Positions 42,101 to 54,000 of a stretch of DNA of 64,000 nt are shown one piece after another (the first letter of the stretch is position 1; every line of letters begins with the position of its first letter). The stretch is from Eledone cirrhosa (taxonomy: Eukaryota). Location of the stretch: positions 20,708,001 through 20,772,000 of the forward strand of contig OZ024763.1 of NCBI GenBank assembly GCA_964016885.1, read 5' to 3'. The translations under genes and the position numbers were made by a program. Below the pieces are notes generated by a model. The model worked only from the letters and a program-made list of their open reading frames with translations, did not search any database and was not told the DNA's origin.

Positions 42101-44383
42101 AGTCAGTTTTGCATTTCCTTGATTTTTAGGTTCAATCCCACACACTGTGCAATACCTTCGGTTAGCATGAGCAAATCAAATTTTCAGCTAATAACTGTAC
42201 ATACTGGCATGTATGATGTTCGTGGAAGCATATGGCCTAGTGGTAAGGGTGTTGGACTTAGGATCATAACATTGTGGGTTCGATTCTTTGACTGGGTTGT
42301 GTGTTGGGTTCTTGAGCAAAACATTTCATTCACGTTTCTGCAGTATACTGTGTTGTAAATGTGTACCAGTAATAGCTGGGGAGTTAACCCTGCAATGGAC
42401 TGGTGTCCTGTCCAGGAGAGAAGTCTTGTACTCATGCCATGGAAACCGGGATAAGCACTGGCCTGATGAGCCTCCAGAGTCGAGACAGACTTTAACCTTG
42501 TGATGGACTGGTGTCTAGTCCAGGTGGGAAGTATTGTACTCGCGGTCGCTTCATGCCAGGGAAACTAAGCACCGGCCAGATGAGCCTCTGTGTTTGAGAC
42601 AGACTTTAACCCTGTGATGGAATGGTGTCTCTGGGTTTGAGGTAGACTTTAACCCTGTGATGGAATGGTCTCTGGGTTTGAGACAGACTTTAACCCTGTG
42701 ATGGAATGGAGTCTCTGTGTTTGAGACAGGCTTTAATCCTGTGATGGAATGGTGTCTCTGGCTTTGAGGTAGACTTTAAATCTGTGATGGAATGGTGTCT
42801 CTGGCTTTGAGACAGACTTTAACCCTGTGATGGAATGGTGTCTGGCTTTGAGGTAGACTTTAACCCTGTGATGGACTGGTCTCTCTGGCTTTGAGGCAGA
42901 CTTTAACCCTGTGATGGAATGGTGTCTCTGGCTTTGAGGCAGACTTTAACCCAGTGATGGACTGGTCTCTCTGTGTTTGAGGCAGACTTTAACCCTGTGA
43001 TGGACTGGTCTCTCTGGGTTTGAGACAGGCTTTAATCCTATGATGGAATGGTGTCTCTAGCTTTGGGGCAGACTTTAACCCTGTGATGGACTGATCTCTC
43101 TGTGTTTGAGACAAACTTTAACCCTGTGATGGACTGATCTCTCTGTGTTTGAGACAGGCTTTAATCCTGTGATGGAATGGTGTCTCTAGCTTTGGGGCAG
43201 ACTTTAACCCTGTGATGGACTGATCTCTCTGTGTTTGAGAGAAACTTTAACCTTGTGATGGAATGGTGTCTCTGGGTTTGAGACAAGCTTTAACCCTGTG
43301 ATGAACTGATCTCTCTGTGTTTGAGACAAACTTTAACCTTGTGATGGAATGGTGTCTCTGGGTTTGAGACAGGCTTTAATCCTGTGATGGACTGGTGTCT
43401 CTAGCTTTGGGGCAGACTTTAACCCTGTGATGGACTGATCTCTCTGTGTTTGAGACAAACTTTAACCTTGTGATGGAATGGTGTCTCTGGCTTTGAGACA
43501 GGCTTTAATCCTGTGATGGACTGGTGTCTCTGGCTTTGAGACAGGCTTTAATCCTGTGATGGATTGGTGTCTCTAGCTTTGAGGCAGACTTTAATCATGT
43601 GATGGAATGGTGTCTCTGGCTTTGAAGCAGGCTTTAATCCTGTGATGGAATGGTGTCTCTGGGTTTGAGACAAACTTTAACCTTGTGATGGAATGGTGTC
43701 TTTGGGTTTGAGACAAACTTTAACCTTGTGATGGAATGGTGTCTCTAGCTTTGAGGCAGACTTTAACCCTGTGATGGAATGGTGTCTCTGGGTTTGAGGC
43801 AGACTTTAACCCTGTGATGGAATGGTGTCTCTGGGTTTGAGACAGACTTTAACCCTGTGATGGACTGATCTCTCTGTGTTTCAGACAAACTTTAACCCTG
43901 TGATGGAATGGTGTCTCTGGCTTTGAGACAAGCTTTAATCCTGTGATGGAATGGTGTCTCTGGGTTTAAGACAAGCTTTAATCCTGCGATGGACTGGTGT
44001 CTCTGGGTTTGAGACAGGCTTTAATCCTGTGATGGACTGGTGTCTCTGGGTTTGAGACAGGCTTTAATCCTGTGATGGAATGGTGTCTCTGGGTTTGAGA
44101 CAGCTGTTAGACTCTGACTCAATTCATTACTTGTTTTAAGACCATCCACTGCCTCTTGGGTGCATTCAGCAGGTGATACTCTTTTGCATGCAATTGATTG
44201 AACCTGGGCTCCAGTCTAGGGGGGTCACTACTCCCCTTCCTCTGTGGTGGGAGAAAGGAGAGACGTTACTTTGAAAATCATTGACCTTCCCATCACTAAG
44301 TAGTGTAAAGGGGTGGGTGGGAGATAAATTTGTACTGAGCCCTTCGAAGTATTTTATACCACAACACAAGCAAAAACTATCTA

Positions 44384-44447
<64 letters not shown>

Positions 44448-44621
44448 GGCACACACATACATATGGTTGCGCTAGGGCACATGAAGGATCCGTCGCAGAC
44501 ACTGCTGCTGGAATGAGTTCAGTCGTCTCTCTATCTTTCCTGTGCTCTTCCAGCTTTTGCTCACGTAAAGCACTGTCGGCAGCACGATGCTCTTGTACAG
44601 GCGCAGCTTGAGCCTGGATAG

Positions 44622-44667
<46 letters not shown>

Positions 44668-44764
44668 TTCATCATCGATTAACGTCCATTTCCATGCTTG
44701 CATGGGTTAGTCAGTTCATCCACATCTCGCCTTATCTTGCTCAGACGGTACTGTAAATTTGGCT

Positions 44765-44801
<37 letters not shown>

Positions 44802-45999
44802 TCATCATCATCTTCTTTTAACGTCATCTTCCGAAGATGATGATGATATATATATTCCAGATATATATATATGGAGGCACATGGCTTAGTGGTTAGAGCA
44901 TTGGCCTTGCAATCGAAAGGTTGTGAGTTCAATTCTCAGACCGGGTGATGTGTTGTTTCCTTGAGCAAGACACTTTATTTCACATTGCTCCAGTTTACTC
45001 AGCTGTAGAAATGAGATGATAGGGACTGGGGTCCCTATCATTCCACTGCAAAGTGGTCGTGGAGGTGCCACGGCAAAAAAAAAAAGCACCCAGCCCACAC
45101 TGTAAAGTGGACATGTAGGCGCCATGGAAAAAGAGCACCCAGCACTCACTGTAAATGAGGTTGGTGTTAGGAAGGGTATCCAGCTGTAGAAATCAAGCCA
45201 GAATCAGTTCCCGTCTTACCCTTGCAAGCAGGGAAAAGCGGACGTAAAATGATGATATATATATATATAAAGGAAATGATTTTTTATTTTTTTATTTATT
45301 TTTATTATAAAAAAACGAGATGTCCTACATGGGTGAAAGTATAATGAAAAGAAATCAAAAATGCAACTGGAGTCTTTTTAAGAATATTTATTTCCTTTAC
45401 CAGTTTCAAAAACATAAGAACTGTGAAACAGGTAAAGGAAATAAATAAATATTCTTAAAAAATCTCCAGTTGTATTTTCGATTTCTTTACCTTATATGTA
45501 TATATATGTATGTGTGTATATATATATATATATATATGTAAAGTTATATTTAAAATTGTTGGGTTACAACTAGTAAATATTTATAACTGATATAAAAGCA
45601 CTCGACAAATATTTGGAGTATATTTACAATATTAAATAAATGGAAAACTATATTTATAAAACCATATTTATTTCATTATATATATTTCGGGGATATCATA
45701 TTAACAATATGTTATGCCTTCATCAGACAAAATACAATATAAACAGTTTTATAGATAAATATATTCGACATACCGTAATAAACATCAACTTCATTTGAAG
45801 AGCTTAGAGTAAACTGCTAGAGTAAACCTCTTCAAATGAAGTTGATGTTTATTACGGTATGTCGAATATATTTATCTATAAAACTGTTTATATTGTATTT
45901 TGTCTGATGAAGGCATAACATATTGTTAATATGATATCCCCGAAATATATATAATGAAATAAATATGGTTTTATAAATATAGTTTTCCATTTATTTAAT

Positions 46000-46037
<38 letters not shown>

Positions 46038-48515
46038 TTTGGTAGAAATATCCAAGGGTAAGAGCACTCAGTCCAAGGGATGAGTTTGGTATAAATAGTT
46101 ACAACAGTGACATAAACAGGTACTTAAGTTTCGTTGGGTTCTGGACCCTAACTCATTCAGCCTGTCATAAGAAAAATATTATTTTCAAATGTCACGAGTT
46201 AGGGTCCAGAACCCAATGAAACTTAAGTACCTGTATATATATCACTGTTGTAACTATTGATAAATATATATATATATATTAAACAAGCTTAAAACGAAAA
46301 CGTTTTGCTTTATTCACTCTTTTATTTGCACAAATTCAGCACCTTGTCTGATGTTTTCATGGTTTCCTGTTAGTATTTTAACATTTTTTGGCTTTCTTTC
46401 TAACATTTAGCATGATCTGAACACTAACTTGAACTTATATTAACTGTTAACGACCTGTAATGATTTAGTAGAAAATACCTAAAAACGTATCTTTTAACCT
46501 TTTAGCATTTAAACCGGCCATATCTGGTCAGAACTCTCTCACCTCTGGCTGTAACCTTCAAACTGGCTGTAACTGGTGCTCATACCTATATTAACCTTTT
46601 ATCATTTACATTACTCTATATTTACTATTATATTTTTATGGTAAACATTGTACCTCACATAATATCGAATCTGAGATTTTGATATTATTTATTTTGAGGA
46701 CAATACTTTAATATCGGTATGAATGGCTGGTTACAACCAGTTTGAACAGAAAGAGGTGAGAGAATTCTGGCCGGATACAGCTGGTTTAAATACTAAAGGG
46801 TTAAGGTATTGTTGCCAAAATAAATAACTTCAAAATCTCCTAGATTTGATATTATGTGAGATAATTATGTAAGATAAAGCCTTTACTGTGAAAATATAGC
46901 AACAAATATAGAGTAATGTAAATGCTAATGGGTTAATTCAAATGTTTATAGTATCTTTATTAGTCGACATATCATTTTAGCATGAACTTAACACTAATTT
47001 GAACTTAAACAAATAACCAAACAATTTTTCAATGTTTCTTCTATTAACTCTTAAAACCGTATGGTGATTTTTGTAGAAAATGTCTAAAAACGAGTTTGTT
47101 AATACAAATGTTTATAGTATCTTTACTAGTGGACAGATCATTGTGATATTTTATAGTGTTAACTCTTAACACCCTGCAATGATTTTCGCAGAAAATATCT
47201 AAAAATGGGTTTGCAAATTCAAATGTTTATAGTATAATTACTAGTGGACAGATTGTTGTGAACATTTGTAGTATTATCTCTTAACATCCTCTAATCGTTT
47301 AGCTGAAAATAATTATAAAGCAAGTTTGTTGTTTCCAATGTTTATAGTGGACAGACTTGAATTTTTAATGTGATGCTGTCATAGTGTTGCTATATAACTT
47401 TCAAGGCTGCCTTGCCAATGTGGTTTCATGTGGTACAGGATATTGAATGTTAATGTATTACTGTGATTGTGTGAAACCCTTTAACCAATTCCTCCTTATT
47501 GGTGACCACTTTAACCCTTTTGGTACCAAAACTGCCTGAAACTTGTTCTATGATGCAAAACTGTTTGTTTTAAAATATGTAAATCTATCTTATAGATAGC
47601 GAATTGGCAGTAGTTAGGATGTCAGATAAAATGCTTTATGGTATTCATTCCGGTTCTCTGAGTTCAAATCCCGCCGAGATCAACTTTGCTTTTCATCCTT
47701 TCAAGGTCGATTAAAAAAAAAAAAAAGTACCAGTTTACTACAGGGGTCGAAAATTATACCTGTTACTAGATGCAACTCCTCTTTATGAAGGAAAATTGTT
47801 CTTCAATTATTTTCCTCCTTAATTATATAAATATTTTGTCATTGTATTGTTAATGAAAGACTTTGCTTGTTGTTTCCAAATGATTTTGAAATCAAGAATT
47901 TGGAGGGATTTAATAATATAACTAAATTTCTCAATCTGTAAATTTGGTTGCCATTTGGAAGGGCATCCAATTGTAGAAACTAAGCCAAAATCAGTTCTGT
48001 ATGAGCAAGAATGGTAACCTGACTTGGCATTTCTCACCACAGGACAACTCGTCTAACCCATGCTAGCCTGGAAAAATGGATGTTAAATGGTGATGATGAT
48101 GAAGTAAATGTTTGGAGCGTAATTTAACAAAGATTCTTATATAAAATTGTTGGAAGATTTTGTATGTATAGGGTAAAGACTCCCTTTGGTCACAAATGAC
48201 CATGGGATTTGCACCCAGAAAATTCCCATCCAAGGCACAAGTCTGGGCAAGGTTGTTTGTGGAAGACCAGCAATCACCCATGCATACCAGCCTCCCCTCT
48301 CCACGCCACCGATGTTGTCCAAGGGAAAGGAAATGGCCGATACAGTTTGGCACCAATGACATCACAACTCATTTCTACAGCTGAGTGAACTGGAGCAATG
48401 TGAAATAAAGTTTCTTGCTCAAGGACACAATGCAAAGCCCAGTTTGAGAATCACTCACAACCTCAAGATTGTAGCATGAAGCTCTAACCACTAAGCCATG
48501 TGCTTTCACACTGTT

Positions 48516-48562
<47 letters not shown>

Positions 48563-49182
48563 GGTAGCATGAAAAAATGGATGTTAAACTGTGATGATAA
48601 TACATTTTAAGACAAATAGTTTTGTACTATGGAACTCTGGGTACTTACAGGCAGTTTGATATCAAGTGGGTTAAAAGAAACGCATTGCTGTATATATATG
48701 TAAAATATAAGAAAATGGTGGAATGGTAGAACTGAAATGTTTCTTTAAGGGTCTTATTTAATTCCCAATTTTACTCAGGTCTCCTAATCCCTTTTAATGT
48801 AAAAACTCCAGTTCCATGTTTAAACCCTTTCATTATTATATTTCTAATGTAAGATATCACAGCATGATTGTCAATTAATTTTTAAAATAGTTTAAAATTT
48901 AAAGGGATTTATTAACATTACTAACTTTCTTATTTTTAATCCCCAACATTATTATCATCAGCCTATCACCCTAACGCTTAGCCCATACACCTCCTTCATC
49001 CTACATACATAGGCACATCTGAATGTTAGTTTTCTTTCTTCTTCATCGCCTTCTCCTCCTGCTCCTTCTTCTCCTCCACCTCCTCCTCCCATTTATTCCT
49101 GGGAAGGTCATGGGGGTATGGTCTCTTTCTCTCTCCTGCTATTTCTGTTAATATATATTTCATTTTTCTTCCTGTCTCTCTG

Positions 49183-49227
<45 letters not shown>

Positions 49228-49296
49228 TTCTCTCTCTCTCTCTCTCTCTGCTTCTCTCTCTCTCTCTCTCTCTGCTTCTCTCTCTCTCTCTCTCTG

Positions 49297-49333
<37 letters not shown>

Positions 49334-50944
49334 CTTGACTCTTCTCATCACATTACACTCTACCTCATGTTTAAGTCCTGTAATGTCTGTATACACTCTC
49401 TGTGTGTGTATGTCAGTATGTGTGTATATAATATATAAAATAAAATGATATATAGAGATATATCAATTGAGAACTAAGCAGGCCTTAATACATATATACA
49501 TATAAAAACAAATACTTTAGCATTTACATGACTCTACATATACTATTGTATTTTCACGGTAAAGGCTTTACCTCACATAACATTTACATTACTCTATATA
49601 TACTATTGTATTTTCACGGTAAAGGCTTTATCTCACATAACATTTACATTACTCTATATATACTATTGTATTTTCACGGTAAAGGCTTTACCTCACATAA
49701 CATTTACATTACTCTATATATACTATTGTATTTTCACGGTAAAGGCTTTACCTCACATAACATTTACATTACTCTATATATACTATTGTATTTTCACGGT
49801 AAAGGCTTTATCTCACATAACATTTACATTACTCTATATATACTATTGTATTTTCACGGTAAAGGCTTTACCTCACATAACATTTACATTACTCTATATA
49901 TACTATTGTATTTTCATGGCAAAGGCTTTACCTCACATAACATTTACATTACTCTATATATACTATTGTATTTTCATGGCAAAGGCTTTACCTCACATAA
50001 CATTTACATTACTCTATATATACTATTGTATTTTCATGGCAAAGGCTTTACCTCACATAACATTTACATTACTCTATATATACTATTGTATTTTCATGGC
50101 AAAGGCTTTACCTCACATAACATTTACATTACTCTATATATACTATTGTATTTTCATGGCAAAGGCTTTACCTCACATAACATTTACATTACTCTATATA
50201 TACTATTGTATTTTCATGGCAAAGGCTTTACCTCACATAACATCTCACATAACATTTACATTACTCTATATATACTATTGTATTTTCACGGTAAAGGCTT
50301 TACCTCACATAATATTTACATTACTCTATATATACTATTGTATTTTCACGGTAAAGGCTTTACCTCACATAACATTTACATTACTCTATATATACTATTG
50401 TATTTTCACGGTAAAGGCTTTACCTCACATAATATCTCACATAACATTTACATTACTCTATATATACTATTGTATTTTCATGGTAAAGGCTTTACCTCAT
50501 AACATTTACATTACTCTATATATACTATTGTATTTTCACTGTAAAGGCTTTACCTCACATAATATCTCGCATAACATTTACATTACTCTATATATACTAT
50601 TGTATTTTCACGGTAAAGGTTTTACCTCACATAATATCTCACATAACATCTACATAACTCTATATATACTATTGTTTTTTCACAGTAAAGGATTTACCTC
50701 ACATAATTATCTCACATAATACCAAATCTATGAGATTTTGATATCTATTTTGAGAACAATACCTTAATGTCAGTATGAGTGGCCGGTTATAAGCGGTTTG
50801 CTAAAGGGTTAAATTGTATTTATTTCTATATATATTATATATATATATGAGGTTGGTGTTGGGAAGGGCATCCAGCTGTAGAAATCAAGCCAGAATCAGT
50901 TCCTGTCCCACCTTTGCAAGCAGAGAAAAGCGGACGTAAAATGA

Positions 50945-51017
<73 letters not shown>

Positions 51018-54000
51018 TGTTTAAGATCCCAACGGCAGAGCTCAAACCGTTTCAACGGCTATTTCTGGACGCGTCCAGAAATCAGAAATAGCCGTCGAAA
51101 CGGCTTGAGCTCTGCCGTCAGAGTCTTGAACATTTTCCTATTACCTGCTCTACTACTCTAAGTATTGAGTACCCTGGTGCGTTATGGTCCATCTGGTCCC
51201 TCACCACACTTCCTTCGTTATCTATATATTAAAGCCTGATTAGTTTCTCAATTAATATATCTATATTTTGTTTAAAATTATTTCATATTATTGATGCTCT
51301 AAACAAGTTTATTGAGCTTTTACTAAGAAACATTATCAATACATATTTTATATGTATTGATTAAACCTAAAATTAAGTTATATATATATATATATATCTA
51401 TATACATACACACGAAAACAAACTCTGTCATGGCTGTTCATGGAACTATCATTGTCACCTCACTCGTGTTATCATCTTTCTCGTTTGAACAATCAGTCAT
51501 GCCTTTGGTTACTGAAGAAGACAATGATGGAGATTGGCAGAAGATGGGTCCACGTTGGGGTAAGTTGCCTACTGTTGGTATTGGGTTAAAGTATATATCT
51601 CTGATGAAATAAATAACGTTGGAAGCAGACAGCAGAAATATCCTAAATGGTTTTTTTTTTTTTTCTTCACCCCCACAAGATGTTTCCCTCCACACTGCAA
51701 ACTATCAGCAAAAAAAAGAGACAAAAAGCAACAAAAGAACTCACCATATGATAATATGATATAGTGCTTCCTCCGTTTACTATTGTGAGCTGTAATCTTT
51801 GTGTACCTATAGCGAGGAGATTTTATTTTACTATCACATAATGCCTACTACTAGTCGGTGAATTGGCAGAGTCGTTAGAGCATTGGATAGAAAGATTTGT
51901 GGTATTGGTTCTGGTTCTCTACTCTCTGAGTTCAAATCCTGCCGAGGTCAGCTTTGTCTTTCTTCCTTTCGAGGTCGATAAAATATGAAAGTACCAGTCG
52001 AGTACTGGGGTTGATTCTTTTTCTTCTTGTATATCTCTTTCTCGCATTCTCTCACTATAACTTCCTCTCATTCTTTCCTTCTCTGGAAGAAATCGGCTGT
52101 GCTCAGATCTGGAGAGGGAATGTGCACTGACAGGTTTTAAAATGCCCAGGATACACAGTATGTCACTACAGTGCCTCCTCGACTCCCAACAGGAGTTACA
52201 GGTCCATACATGCACTATTTACTTCTACAAAGTATTTATTTGAAACTAAATCATTGTGGAAGCTCATAGCCTAGTGGTAAGTGTTATTGGACTTAGGATG
52301 ATAATGTCATTGGTTTGATTCCTGGACTGTGTTGTGTTCTTGTGCAAAATACTTCGTTTCACGTTGCTCCAGTATACTCAGCTGAAAATGGGTACCAGGA
52401 ATAGCTGGGGAGTTAACTCTGCAATGGACTGTCATCCTGTCCAGTGGGGTGAGTGTTGTAATCTCAGTCGCTTAAAACCACGGAAACCGGGATAAAAACT
52501 GCCTTGATGAGCTTCCAGGTTTGAGACAGACTTTAACCCTGCATCATAACTGGCATCATAATCGGGGGCGTCTTGTTTGAGGCCATGGAAATTAGGATAA
52601 GCATTGGTCTGATGAGCTTCTGGGTACAAGATAGACTTTAACCCTGCAATGGACTGGCACCCTGTCCAGGGGGAAGTCTTGTACTCTATTGCTTAATGCC
52701 ATGGAAATTGGAATAAGCACTGACCTGATGAGGTTCCTAGTTCAAGGCAGATTTTAGAAATTAAATCATTGAGAATTTAGTGGGGTTTTTTGTTGTTGTT
52801 TTTGTTGTCTTTGTGTATATAGTACCGTTCTTTTAGGGAAGGCGGTATTAATAATTATTGGTCTATTAGACAGCTAGTCGGTTTCTTAAAGATTACATCA
52901 ACTGGTATATTTCAGTTATGATAGAGCGAAATTAACCCAAATCACCATCATCACATCATCATCATCATTGTTGTTTATCATCCATTTCCCACACTAGCAT
53001 GGGTAGGACGAGTTGTCCCTGTGAGAGATCAGAACTGATTTTGACTTGGTTTCCCCAAATATTTCACATAAAACATTTTATTTCAAATCATGTTGTTTTC
53101 TAGTACATCATCATCATCATCACACACCACCACTGTTACACATCTATTTTTCATGGTTGAACAAGTTAGACAGGTTGTCAGGTACTGATGTTAAAGTGGT
53201 CAGGTGACCATGTCTTGCTCCTATGCTGTATTTTTTGGGGGGCTTGGTTTCTATGGCTGGATGTTTTTCCTAATGCCAACTGGTTTACAGCGTGGACTAG
53301 GAGAATTTCATAATGACTCCAACACTACCACCTTACAGAGTGGACCGAGTGATTTTGTCATGGTGCCAGCACTACCACCTTCCAGAGTGGACTGGGTGCT
53401 TTTGTCATGGTTCCAGCACTACCTACCACCTTACAGAGTGGACTGGGTGCTTTTGTCATGGTACCAGCACTACCACCTTACAGAGTGGACTGGGTGCATT
53501 TTTATTGTGGCACCAACACTAGGGAGGCACTGATAGAAGTGTCAGTGATGGTCATAACACGATGGGAGTGTCAGGTGGTACATTGTGAGGGTTTAAAAAA
53601 AAACAACAACCTCTCTCAACTTCCCCCCAAAGTTCTTGAATTCATATCATTTTCTATTTTGGCATGAGATAACTGGTTTTCTTAAATCATTCTTAAGACC
53701 TTATGTTGTTTCAGCATCAGGTAACTCTCTAATGGTTTTCTTAAAGCATTCTTAACTCTTTAGCATTTACATTACTTTATATAAGCTATATTTTCGTGGT
53801 AAAAGCTTTATCTTACATAATTATCTCCCATGATATTGAATCTACGAGATTTTCATATTTATTTTGAGAACAATACCTTAACATAAGCATAAGCTGCCAG
53901 TTTGTGTAGAAAGAGGTGGGAGAATTCTGGCCAGATATGGCCGGTTTAAATGCTAATGGGTTATGGCCTTATATTGCTTCAACTTTGGGTAACTCTTAAT

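Larger units (their letters stand above)
45625..46005. repeat. Fold-back element: 178-bp inverted arms (45625-45802 / 45828-46005), likely an inverted Penelope-like terminus
   Basis: Arms are symmetric by coordinate and I saw no mismatch. The 25-nt spacer has TAGAGTAAAC twice. Bordered by (TA)n on the right and (TA/TG)n ~85 bp to the left. Carries the hammerhead motif. Confidence 0.88.

Noticed and set aside
42460-42495. CTGATGAG as a hammerhead core (also 52608, 52724)
   Set aside because: No GAAA, stem III or stem I partner in register. It is part of a SINE tail.
42590-44103. CRISPR-like regular array (also 26095-26995 and 62455-64000)
   Set aside because: Units are head-to-tail with no unique spacers, there are no cas genes, and the context is eukaryotic.
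49528-50719. 324-aa and 267-aa ORFs
   Set aside because: Translations of a stop-free 60-bp tandem unit derived from a MITE.
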